Shown here in pieces: positions 18,502 through 27,360 of a stretch of 64,000 nucleotides of DNA (position 1 is the stretch's first letter; every line of letters starts with the position of its first letter). Under the pieces are notes generated by a model. It ran no database searches and had not been told where the DNA came from. It saw only the letters and a program-made list of their open reading frames with translations. Source of the stretch: Rhizomicrobium sp. (GTDB taxonomy: Bacteria > Pseudomonadota > Alphaproteobacteria > Micropepsales > Micropepsaceae); contig DASZVO010000017.1 of assembly GCA_035547015.1 (NCBI GenBank), positions 267,638 to 331,637 on the forward strand, in the 5' to 3' direction. The position numbers were made by a program, and so were the translations under genes.

Positions 18502-20868
18502 CTAGGACGCCAGCATCAGGATCGCATGTTTCCATTCCGCCAGCACCTTCGTGGCGGTGTTGCCGAAGAACAGTTCCCTGCCCGGCCTTGCGCTGACACC
18601 CATCACGATCATCGCGTAACCGCGGCGCGCCTCCCTGAGGATTTCTCCCGCCGCGGCCGAGCGCGGCGAGATGTGCGTCGTCACATGGACCTCATAGCGT
18701 TCGCCCAGATCGGCCAGGTCCTTGAGCACGCCCTCTTCGCGCGTCCGCACGCGCGAACGCCCGTCGGACGGCGATACGAACAGGACATGCACGCCCGATC
18801 CGGTGCCACGCGCCAGGGCGAAGGCGATTTCGGCGGCACGGCGCGACTGGGGCGTGCCGTTGACCGGCACCAGCAGACGCGAATGCACGCCGAGACGGGC
18901 GGGCTCCTTGCCTCCCAGCACGATCAGCGGGCCTTCGAAGCCCGCGGCGAGCTGTGTCACCTTGGGCGTGAAGCCGCCGTCGCGTCCCGCGCTGCCGGCA
19001 AGACCGATCACCATCAGGTCATAGCCCTTGCGCGCCTCGTCCCGGACCACCTCGGCAGGCGTATCCACCGGAACACGCGCGGTCAGGTGGACGCGCTCCG
19101 GATCCGGCTCGGCCTCGTCGGTCAGCGCCTTGACGGCGCTGCGGCGCGCGCCCCGTTCCACTTCCCGCGCCAGCGGATCGGATTCCAGTTCCTCGCCGCG
19201 TTCCGCCCGCGACTCCGCGCCGGTCATCTCCTTCTGGGCGGTATCCCTGGCCTCGGACCGCTCCGCGTGCTTCTCATGACTTTGCCGTTCCGTATCCGCA
19301 TGCCCCGCGTCGTGCATATCCGCTTCCAGCCTGATAAGCGTCACCGGCATGCCGTGTGCGCCCGCAAGCAGGCCCGCGAGACGCGCTGCCATCCGCCCGA
19401 TCGCGCTGTCGTCGGCGGCCAGCAGCAGCCGCTCCAGCCTGGGAAGGAAGCCCTGCTGATCCAGGGCTTCGCGCCGGATGCGTTCCTCCTCGTCCCCGCT
19501 GATGGGAATGCGAGCCAGCGCCGCGCGCAGCATGGGCGGCATCGCCATGGTGGTGAGCACCGCCATGGTCACGATCATGGTGTAGAGATTCTGCGTCAGC
19601 GCGCCCATTGAAAGTCCGATGGACGCGACGATCACCTCGGTCGAGCCGCGTGCATTCATGGCGCAGCCCAGCGCGACGCCTTCGCGCCACCCCAGTCGCC
19701 CCAGCGTCGCGCCCGCGAAGGCGCCCGCGAACTTGCCGATGCTGGCGATGGCGATCAGCACCGCGGTCAGAAGGGCCAGCTGGCCGTCCCTGAGGATGGT
19801 GAGGTCGGCCGACAGGCCCGACATGCCGAAGAAGACCGGCATGAAGAAGGCCGTGATCATACCGCGCAACTGCTGCTGGATATGGCCGGTGAGGATAGGC
19901 GACTGTCCGACCAGCACGCCGGCCATGAAGGCTCCCAGCACCGTGCGGACGCCCAGGAACTGGGTGATCCCCGCCAGGCCCAGCATGATCGCCAGGATCA
20001 CCGTGACCACTGGAAAATCGCTGCGGAACGTGTCGTTCACCCAGCGGATGCTGGTGAAGACCAGCCATCGTCCCGCCGTGAAGCAGAACAGCAGGAACAG
20101 AGCCACGCCGCCCGCGGTCTTCGCAAGGTCGAGCGGATGGATGCCGCTGCCGCCGGCTTTCGCGCCCGTGATGCCGAAGATGACGGCGATGATCACCCAG
20201 CCCGCCGTGTCCTCCATGATGGCGGTCGCGACGATAGTCTGGCCCAGGTTGCGCCGCATGAAGTTCATCTCGCGCACGACCATCGCCACGATCTTGATCG
20301 AGGAAATGGAGAGCGCCGTGCCAAGGAACAGTGCGGGGGCCAGGCGCCCGCCGCCCTGGCCGAACAGCGCCTGCGGTCCGAACCAGCCGAGCAGGACGCC
20401 GCAGGTGAAGGGAAAGGCGATGCCGCAGAACGCGATGGCCAGGGCTGCGAATCCCGACTTGCGCACCAGCCTGAGGTCGGTTTCCATGCCCGTCAGCAGC
20501 AGCAGCATCAGGATGCCGGTCTGCGACAGACCGTCGAGCATGGCCTTCTGTTTTTCGTCCTTCGGGAAAAGGAAATGCTGTGCTTCGGGCCAGATCCACC
20601 CGAACAGCGACGGACCAAGGACGATGCCCGCCAGCAGCGTGCCCATCAGCGCGGGCTGGCCGATGCGTTGCATCCCCTCGCCCAGCGCACGGCCCACCAC
20701 CAGCAGCAGCAGCAATTGGGCAACCAGGATACCTTCCGCGCTGCCGCTGGCGCTGGCGCCGTTGCCGGCCGCGCCCTGCGCGGCCGCATGCTCCGGTCCC
20801 AGGAACAATGTCAGCAGAAGCACCAGGCAGAACAGGCCCGCGGGCCATGGGATTCGAATGGCGGCCAT
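18502..20868 (-). CDS. Cation:proton antiporter (CPA2/Kef-type) with C-terminal universal-stress-protein-like domains
   Basis: About 12 TM segments with 'LLTGMETD', 'SISSIKIVA', 'MNARGSTE'; C-terminal 'LLVPVNGTPQSRRAAEIA'. True start at 20868; the ORF-track extension to 22023 is antisense to araD1. Confidence 0.88.
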   Translation of the reverse strand: MAAIRIPWPAGLFCLVLLLTLFLGPEHAAAQGAAGNGASASGSAEGILVAQLLLLLVVGRALGEGMQRIGQPALMGTLLAGIVLGPSLFGWIWPEAQHFLFPKDEKQKAMLDGLSQTGILMLLLLTGMETDLRLVRKSGFAALAIAFCGIAFPFTCGVLLGWFGPQALFGQGGGRLAPALFLGTALSISSIKIVAMVVREMNFMRRNLGQTIVATAIMEDTAGWVIIAVIFGITGAKAGGSGIHPLDLAKTAGGVALFLLFCFTAGRWLVFTSIRWVNDTFRSDFPVVTVILAIMLGLAGITQFLGVRTVLGAFMAGVLVGQSPILTGHIQQQLRGMITAFFMPVFFGMSGLSADLTILRDGQLALLTAVLIAIASIGKFAGAFAGATLGRLGWREGVALGCAMNARGSTEVIVASIGLSMGALTQNLYTMIVTMAVLTTMAMPPMLRAALARIPISGDEEERIRREALDQQGFLPRLERLLLAADDSAIGRMAARLAGLLAGAHGMPVTLIRLEADMHDAGHADTERQSHEKHAERSEARDTAQKEMTGAESRAERGEELESDPLAREVERGARRSAVKALTDEAEPDPERVHLTARVPVDTPAEVVRDEARKGYDLMVIGLAGSAGRDGGFTPKVTQLAAGFEGPLIVLGGKEPARLGVHSRLLVPVNGTPQSRRAAEIAFALARGTGSGVHVLFVSPSDGRSRVRTREEGVLKDLADLGERYEVHVTTHISPRSAAAGEILREARRGYAMIVMGVSARPGRELFFGNTATKVLAEWKHAILMLAS

Positions 20869-20985
20869 GCATATCCCGGGGACCGGAGACCACCGCGGAA
20901 TAACGCGCAGAAAGCCATTTGCGTTCGGCCGCCGGGAAGGCGAAAAAGGCAAGGCAAAAAAGGCGATCTGATCGAGGAGTGACAC

Positions 20986-21984
20986 ATGGCGCTGCGGCTG
21001 GTGCAGTTTCGGACGACGGATGGCGCGCGCGCGGTGGCCGCGCTCGATCATGAGGGACGCGGCCAGATCGTGAGCCACGTCACCAGCACCTATGAGCTCG
21101 CCAGCCGCGCCATTGCCGAAGGGGTTTCGCTGGAGGCCGCGGTGGCCGATCTGGGCGTGCGCGACACGGTGGATATCCGCGCCGCGCTGGCCGATGGGCG
21201 CGTGCTGGCGCCGGTTGATCATCCCGCCGATCCCGCGCACCTGATCGTGACGGGCACGGGGCTGACGCATCTGGGCTCTGCGGAGGGTCGCGATTCCATG
21301 CACCGGAACCTGGCTGACAGCGCCACACTCACCGATTCCATGAAGATGTTCAGGCTTGGGCTGGAGAAGGGAAAACCCGCGCCGGGCGAAGAGGGCGCGC
21401 AGCCCGAATGGTTCTATAAAGGCGATGGGACAACCGTGGTGCCGCCCGAGGCGCCCTTTCCCTCGCCCGCCTTCGCGCAGGACGGCGGGGAGGAGCCCGA
21501 GATCGCGGGCCTTTACCTGATCGGGCCGGAAGGCGCGCCCTATCGGCTGGGCTTTGCGCTGGGCAACGAATTCTCCGATCACGTCACCGAGAAGTTCAAC
21601 TATCTCTGGCTGGCCCATTCCAAGCTCAGGCCCTGTTCTTTCGGGCCGGAACTCCTGACCGGCACCTTGCCCGCATCCATCACCGGCCATTCGCGCATCC
21701 GGCGCGGCAACCAGGTGATCTTCGACAAGCCCTTCCTGTCTGGGGAGAGCAATATGAGCCACACCATCGCCAACCTGGAGGCGCATCATTTCAAATATGA
21801 CGCCTTCCGCCGCCCCGGCGACGTGCATGTGCACTTCTTCGGCACAGCCACATTGTCCTTCAGCGCCGGCGTGAAAACGGAGGCCGGAGACGTGTTCGAG
21901 ATCGAGGCCGACGCCTTCCTGTTTCCGCTGCGCAACGCGCTGGGCCAGGCTGCTGCCGCAACTGCGAAGGTCACGGCGCTCTAG
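20986..21984 (+). CDS. araD1: AraD1/GguC family (FAH superfamily) sugar-acid catabolic protein
   Basis: 'TGTGLTHLGSA', 'QPEWFYKGDG', 'DGGEEPEIAG', 'NEFSDH', 'YLWLAHSKLR', and 'GDVHVHFFGT'. Confidence 0.85.
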   Translation: MALRLVQFRTTDGARAVAALDHEGRGQIVSHVTSTYELASRAIAEGVSLEAAVADLGVRDTVDIRAALADGRVLAPVDHPADPAHLIVTGTGLTHLGSAEGRDSMHRNLADSATLTDSMKMFRLGLEKGKPAPGEEGAQPEWFYKGDGTTVVPPEAPFPSPAFAQDGGEEPEIAGLYLIGPEGAPYRLGFALGNEFSDHVTEKFNYLWLAHSKLRPCSFGPELLTGTLPASITGHSRIRRGNQVIFDKPFLSGESNMSHTIANLEAHHFKYDAFRRPGDVHVHFFGTATLSFSAGVKTEAGDVFEIEADAFLFPLRNALGQAAAATAKVTAL

Positions 21985-22040
21985 CTTGCATGCAGGCGGG
22001 CAAACCGCCAATCTCCCTGTCAATTATTGGGGAGAGAGAC

Positions 22041-22466
22041 ATGAAAGCCATCGCGATTGCCGGTTTTGCCCTTCTGGCCGCCACCGCCGCCCACGCCCAG
22101 TCGGGCGGCCAGATGGCCGTGGCACAGGGCGCGAACACCAAGACATATGACGTCCCGCACGGCAGCAAGGACCAGACCGTCATCATCACCACCCGTGACC
22201 TGAAGGATGGCGAGACCGTGAGCCCGCATATCCATCATGGCGTCGAGATGACCGAGGTGATCACCGGCACCTTCGAACTTTATGTGAAGGGCCAGCCCAA
22301 GCAGGTGATCCATGCCGGCGAAAGCTTCATCGTGCCGCGCGAAGCGCCGCACGACGCGCGGCCTGCGCCGGGCAGCCCGCCGGTGCATCTGGCGGTGACG
22401 TTGGTGATCGACAAGGGCACGGCGCCGCGCACCCCCGTCAGTGAGCAGCTGATACCGAAGAATTGA
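22041..22466 (+). CDS. Exported cupin domain protein
   Basis: SD GGAGAG; signal peptide 'MKAIAIAGFALLAATAAHA'; cupin motifs 'HIHHGVE' and 'GESFIVPREAPH'. Confidence 0.85.
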   Translation: MKAIAIAGFALLAATAAHAQSGGQMAVAQGANTKTYDVPHGSKDQTVIITTRDLKDGETVSPHIHHGVEMTEVITGTFELYVKGQPKQVIHAGESFIVPREAPHDARPAPGSPPVHLAVTLVIDKGTAPRTPVSEQLIPKN

Positions 22467-22480
22467 GCCTGGCCGGAGCG

Positions 22481-22515
22481 GCCTTCGCCCCCGCGCATCC
22501 CGCCGGGGCGAAGGC
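22481..22515. terminator. GC-rich stem-loop between cupin and EamA genes
   Basis: GCCTTCGCCCC (22481-22491) pairs with GGGGCGAAGGC (22505-22515). There is no U-tract, so the role is uncertain. Confidence 0.35.
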
Positions 22516-22541
22516 ACTGTTGCGGAGGCGAAAGGAAAGTC

Positions 22542-23468
22542 ATGTGGCTTCTTTACGCCTTTTCCGGCCCGGTCCTGTGGGCGATCTCGACCCACATCGA
22601 CAAGTATCTGGTGGACAAGTATTTCCGGCACAGCGATACCGCCGTGCTGATGGTGTTCACCGCCTTCCTGGGCGTGTTCGCGCTTCCCCTGATCTGGTTC
22701 TTCGATCCCGGCGTATTGGCCCTGGCGCCGCTGGCGACCGGTGTGATGACGGCATCGGGCGTGCTCTATATGGGCGCAATGCTGTTCTATCTGCGCGCGA
22801 TCCAGACCGAGGAAGCCTCGGTCGTCGCGCCCCTGTTCCAGGCCAACACACTGTTCACGTTCGTGCTGGGCCTGGTGTTTCTGCACGAACTTCCGCGCTG
22901 GTACCAGATCCTCGGCGCGGCGCTTGTCGTGGCGGGCGCGATCGGCCTGTCGCTGGACAGGAAACTCAGCCTGCGCAGCTTCAAGCCGCGGCTGGTGCTT
23001 CTGATGTGCGCGGCAACCTTTGTGCTGGCGCTGTCCAGTGTGGTGTTCAAATTCTTCGCGGTACATGATGAATTCTGGAGCACCACCTTCTGGACTTTTG
23101 TGGGCGAAGGCCTGTTCGGCGCGGGTATCCTGATGGCGCCGGGATACAGGCGTCAGTTCGTCAAACTGTTCCGCAGCAATCCGGGCGCCGTGATCGGGGT
23201 GAATGCCGCCAACGAGTTGATCAACCTGGGCGGAGGCCTGGGCGTGCGCTATGCCTCGCTTCTCGCGCCCGTGGCGCTGGTATCGGCGATCTCTGCCACC
23301 TCGACGCTGTTCGTGTTCCTGTTCGCCATCCTGCTGACGCTGTTTTTCCCGCGGCTGGGCCATGAGGACCTGTCGGCGCGGAACGTCTACCAGAAGGCGG
23401 CGGGGGGACTTCTGGTGATGGCCGGCGTGACGCTGATCCAGATGGGCCCTGCCGGCGGCCCGGACTGA
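22542..23468 (+). CDS. EamA/DMT family transporter
   Basis: About 10 TM segments in two repeats; 'EEASVVAPLFQ' and 'SAISATSTLFVFL'. Confidence 0.85.
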   Translation: MWLLYAFSGPVLWAISTHIDKYLVDKYFRHSDTAVLMVFTAFLGVFALPLIWFFDPGVLALAPLATGVMTASGVLYMGAMLFYLRAIQTEEASVVAPLFQANTLFTFVLGLVFLHELPRWYQILGAALVVAGAIGLSLDRKLSLRSFKPRLVLLMCAATFVLALSSVVFKFFAVHDEFWSTTFWTFVGEGLFGAGILMAPGYRRQFVKLFRSNPGAVIGVNAANELINLGGGLGVRYASLLAPVALVSAISATSTLFVFLFAILLTLFFPRLGHEDLSARNVYQKAAGGLLVMAGVTLIQMGPAGGPD

Positions 23469-23531
23469 AAGATCTTGCCCGGCGGGCGCATTCATGCGCC
23501 ACTCCGGCCCGCAAACAGAACAGGGGAAGCG

Positions 23532-24494
23532 ATGCGCAAGGCAGGTGTCATTATGGGTCTGGCGGTGCTGGCGGCAGCCGGCGCGGCATTGGCGCAGGCG
23601 GGCAAGGTGGCCCTGCCCTATTGGGCCTTCCCCGTTCCGACCCATGCCTGGCCGCAGCCTGATCCCAACCAGAAGGTCCGCGTGCCGGGATCGAAAAAGG
23701 TCTTCACCGTGGCGCAGGTGAACGACCGTTTTGCCCCGCCGGACTGGCGGCCCAAGGACCACCCGCCCATGCCACACATCGTGGCCTTCGGCCGCAAGCC
23801 TCACGTTTTCGCCTGCGGCTATTGCCACCTGCCCAACGGACACGGCCGCCCGGAGAATGCCTCGCTGGCGGGCCAGCCGGCCGAGTATATCGTGCAGCAG
23901 GTGCGCGAAATGCGCGAAGGCCGCCGCAGGTCGTCTGAAACCCGCATGGGCTCGATCAATTCCATGATGGCGGTGGCCAAGGCTTCGAATGATGCCGAGG
24001 TGCGCATCGCCGCCCAATATTTCTCAAAGCTTAAAATGACGAAATGGATCCGCGTGGTGGAAACCGACACGGTTCCCAGGACCGAGATCTCCCCGCACAA
24101 CATGCTGGTGGTGGTGTCCCATGGCGGGCGCGAGCCCATCGGCAGACGCATCATCGAAGTGCCGGAAAATCTGGAACGCACCGAGGATCGCGATCCCAAT
24201 TCGGGTTTCGTCGCCTATGTGCCCAAGGGCTCCATCGCGCGCGGCAGAAAGCTGGTGGAAAGCGGCGCGGGCGCCTTTCCCTGCGCCTCCTGCCACGGCG
24301 CGGATCTGAAAGGCAGCGATAACGTGCCGGGGCTGGCGGGCCGCTCGCCTTCTTCACTCGTGCGTCAGCTTTATGATTTCAAGGCAGGCACGCGCGGCGG
24401 GCCCGCCGCTGACATGATGAAGCCGGAAGTGGCCCACATGACCGACGATCAGCGGCTGGATATTGCCGCCTATCTGGCCTCGCTCAACCCGTGA
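23532..24494 (+). CDS. Periplasmic diheme c-type cytochrome (c4-like)
   Basis: Signal peptide; CGYCH and CASCH heme motifs; 'LAGQPAEYIVQQ' and 'LAGRSPSSLVRQLYDFK'. Confidence 0.9.
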   Translation: MRKAGVIMGLAVLAAAGAALAQAGKVALPYWAFPVPTHAWPQPDPNQKVRVPGSKKVFTVAQVNDRFAPPDWRPKDHPPMPHIVAFGRKPHVFACGYCHLPNGHGRPENASLAGQPAEYIVQQVREMREGRRRSSETRMGSINSMMAVAKASNDAEVRIAAQYFSKLKMTKWIRVVETDTVPRTEISPHNMLVVVSHGGREPIGRRIIEVPENLERTEDRDPNSGFVAYVPKGSIARGRKLVESGAGAFPCASCHGADLKGSDNVPGLAGRSPSSLVRQLYDFKAGTRGGPAADMMKPEVAHMTDDQRLDIAAYLASLNP

Positions 24495-24588
24495 TGCAAA
24501 ATGTGCATCGCTTGATAGCGGAATTGACTTTGCAGGGCCGGCAGGGACGGGCCTAGAACAGCAAAAACAGTTCCGGGAGATAAGAGTC

Positions 24589-26499
24589 ATGATGCGCACG
24601 CGCCGGTCCTTCCTGCTGTCGTCGGCCGCTGCCACCTGGGCTGCCGCGATGCCGTTGCCGGCGTGCGCCGCCGAGACCATCACCATCGCCACGCCTATGG
24701 ACCCGCCGGAATGGGCGCTTCTGGAGCGTGAATTGCTGCATGCCCATACCGCGGCCTGTGTGAAATTCTTCCGGCGCTATTTCGACCAGGCCAATGGCTG
24801 GCTTGAGACCACTCCGCGCTGGGGCGGCGATGATGGCCCCGACGACGCCATCGAGAATGTGAATGACTGGCCGCATCTCTATGCCCTGGGCGGGGATGAG
24901 ATCATCCGGGAGATGTACACCAAGGCCTACGAAGGCCATGTGCAGCAGTACACTGCGGCCCACACCACCGATGTGCCGATCGCCAGGCAGGGCATGTATT
25001 TCAAGGAATTCCCCGTCCAGTTCGACTGGCAGCACAATGGCGAGGGGCTGACCGTCTTCAACCTGATGCCGCTGGGCGCGCCCTACAGCCCGCGCTATCG
25101 CGAGCGGGTGAAGCGCTTCGCCGGCTTCTACATGGACGAAGATCCCGGCGCGCCCAACTACGATCCCAAACTCAAGCTGATAAAGAGCCTGCTGAACGGC
25201 AGCCGGGGGCCGATGCTGCGGCCGTCCACGGCGCTGGACTGGACCGGTGACCCCATAGAAGTGCAGAACCGTTTCCCCAGCCTGGGTCATGGCGAAGGTG
25301 CCTATGAAGGGATGCTGGCCCACTTCAAGGACTATAACGATGTGGTGGGCGACCATCCGCTGAACCTGGCCTCCACTCAGCTTGCCACCAACGCCTACAT
25401 GCTGACGCATGAGCAGAAGTACAAGGACTGGGTGCTGGGCTATTGCGATGCCTGGGCCGAGCGCGCCAGGGCGAACGGCGGCATCATTCCGTCCAAGGTG
25501 GGGCTGGACGGCAAGATCGGCGGGCCGGAAGGCAAATGGTATGCGGGCGTCTATGGCTGGAGCTTCTCGCCGATCGTGCCCATGACCGGCAAGCCGCAAG
25601 ACCGCAATCGCGTGCCGTGGTGTGTGGGCGGTTTCTTCAACGCCTACCTTCTGTCGCGGGGTGACGACAAATACCTCGATGTCTGGCGCAAGACCGCCGA
25701 CAAGTTCGACGCCGCCGCCAAGACCATCGACGGCAAGCTGTCCACGCCCACCATGTATGGCGACCAGGGCTTCTACAGCTACAAGCCGGGCAAATACCGC
25801 CTGAACTTCCTGGAGATCTATGCCCTCTCGATGAAGCCGTCCGACCGGGCGCGCTGCGAGGAAACGGACTGGTACGATTTCCTGGAAGGCAAGAAGCCCG
25901 ACTATCCGGCCAGGGCGCTGCGCGCCGGCCTCGCGCGCATCCGCAAACAGATGGAGACAGTAGACGCCGACACCACCTCGCCCGACATGCGGCTGGCGGA
26001 CTCGGCGCTCGAGTACAACCCTGCTTCCATCATGGCGCTGACCCAGCTGATTGAGGGCGGGCTCTATCTCCAGCATGGAAGCTGGGCCAGGACCTCGCCC
26101 AATCAGGGCGGCACGCTGCTGTATTGCCGTCTGCGGCATTTCGACCCCGAGCGCAGGCGCGCCGGCTTGCCGCCGGATGTGGCGGTGCTGATGGACAGTT
26201 GGGCCGATGACGGGTTGACGGCGACCTTCGTCAATATCAGCCCCAGCGAGCCGCGCAGCGTGATCGTGCAGGGCGGCGCCTATGCCGAACATCAGATCGT
26301 TTCGGTGTCGGATGGAAAAACCACGGCACGGGTGGACGCGCCGCATTTCCCGCTGCGCCTGGGGCCGGGCGCAGGCGCGCGGCTCACCATCAAAATGAAA
26401 CGCTTCGCGAACGATCCGACGCTCTCCTTCCCATGGGAGGCGACGGTGGCCGACCTGGGCAATATCGCGGCGCCGCAGGCCCCAAGCCGGGCGGACTGA
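24589..26499 (+). CDS. Tat-exported large protein of unknown function
   Basis: Twin-arginine signal 'TRRSFLL'; 636-aa ORF with strong codon bias; no motif I can assign to a named family. Confidence 0.75.
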   Translation: MMRTRRSFLLSSAAATWAAAMPLPACAAETITIATPMDPPEWALLERELLHAHTAACVKFFRRYFDQANGWLETTPRWGGDDGPDDAIENVNDWPHLYALGGDEIIREMYTKAYEGHVQQYTAAHTTDVPIARQGMYFKEFPVQFDWQHNGEGLTVFNLMPLGAPYSPRYRERVKRFAGFYMDEDPGAPNYDPKLKLIKSLLNGSRGPMLRPSTALDWTGDPIEVQNRFPSLGHGEGAYEGMLAHFKDYNDVVGDHPLNLASTQLATNAYMLTHEQKYKDWVLGYCDAWAERARANGGIIPSKVGLDGKIGGPEGKWYAGVYGWSFSPIVPMTGKPQDRNRVPWCVGGFFNAYLLSRGDDKYLDVWRKTADKFDAAAKTIDGKLSTPTMYGDQGFYSYKPGKYRLNFLEIYALSMKPSDRARCEETDWYDFLEGKKPDYPARALRAGLARIRKQMETVDADTTSPDMRLADSALEYNPASIMALTQLIEGGLYLQHGSWARTSPNQGGTLLYCRLRHFDPERRRAGLPPDVAVLMDSWADDGLTATFVNISPSEPRSVIVQGGAYAEHQIVSVSDGKTTARVDAPHFPLRLGPGAGARLTIKMKRFANDPTLSFPWEATVADLGNIAAPQAPSRAD

Positions 26500-26567
26500 C
26501 CGCCGTCTTGTCAAGCGGCCCAAAGCGGCGTTTGCTTCATCCGATAAAAAGAACAACCGGGGACGAG

Positions 26568-27338
26568 ATGCGCCTGTTCCGTCTGGCTGTCGTGCTGGCG
26601 ATTGCCGCGATGTCGGCGTGCGCGGCGATACCTGCGCGTGCGGCGGAGATTCGCGTCATCACGCCGGGGGTGATCTCCAATTCCGGCCTGCCCGACGTCG
26701 CCAACGCCTTCGAAAAGAAAACCGGCATCAGGGTCGTCATCCAGGTCGATGGCATGGGCAGCATCCTGGAAGACATCCGGGCCCGCCCGGCCGATGTGGT
26801 GATGCTGCCGATGGACCTGATGGGAACCGCTGTGCTGAAGGGAATGGCCAGCGATTTCACGCCGCTGGGCCGGGTCGAGATCGGGCTGTTCAAGAAACCG
26901 GATGCGCCGCGACCTGGCATTTCCACCGTGCCTGCACTGGTCGCGGCGATGAAGACGGCATCGGTCGTGTTCTATACCGATCCGGCCAGCGGCAGCATGC
27001 AGGCAGGCATGAGCGCGCATATGCTGGCGCGTCCCGATTTCGCGGGAATCAGGTCACAGCCGATCAAGGGCGATGCCGAGCCCGCATTGAAGCGCGGCGA
27101 CGGCGATGTGCGCGCGATGGGGCTTGGACTGATCCACGGCCCGCACAGCGCGAATGACACCGATGCCAGCCCCTGGCTGGTGGGTCCACTGCCGGCGGAA
27201 CTTGGCATGCACATGGATATGGCGACCGGCATTTCGGCGCGCAGCACCGACCGTCAGAGCGCCGCCGCCTTCATCCGCTTCGCCACTTCACCGGCGATGC
27301 GCGCCGTATGGAAGGCCAAGGGCGTGGACCGCTATTGA
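26568..27338 (+). CDS. ModA-like (SBP_bac_11) periplasmic binding-fold protein, no adjacent permease
   Basis: Signal peptide; 'AFEKKTG..V', 'ADVVML', 'PLGRVEIGL', 'YTDPASGS', and 'AAAFIRFATSP'. Confidence 0.7.
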   Translation: MRLFRLAVVLAIAAMSACAAIPARAAEIRVITPGVISNSGLPDVANAFEKKTGIRVVIQVDGMGSILEDIRARPADVVMLPMDLMGTAVLKGMASDFTPLGRVEIGLFKKPDAPRPGISTVPALVAAMKTASVVFYTDPASGSMQAGMSAHMLARPDFAGIRSQPIKGDAEPALKRGDGDVRAMGLGLIHGPHSANDTDASPWLVGPLPAELGMHMDMATGISARSTDRQSAAAFIRFATSPAMRAVWKAKGVDRY

Positions 27339-27360
27339 CCATCAACCGAGGGGAAACGGC

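Noticed and set aside
20490-20715. (CAG)n runs
   Set aside because: They are in-frame poly-Leu codons of transmembrane helices, not contingency repeats.
20869-22023. Apparent 385-aa N-terminal extension making a 1173-aa antiporter
   Set aside because: The extension is the antisense shadow of araD1; the hydrophobic antiporter sequence begins at ATG 20868.
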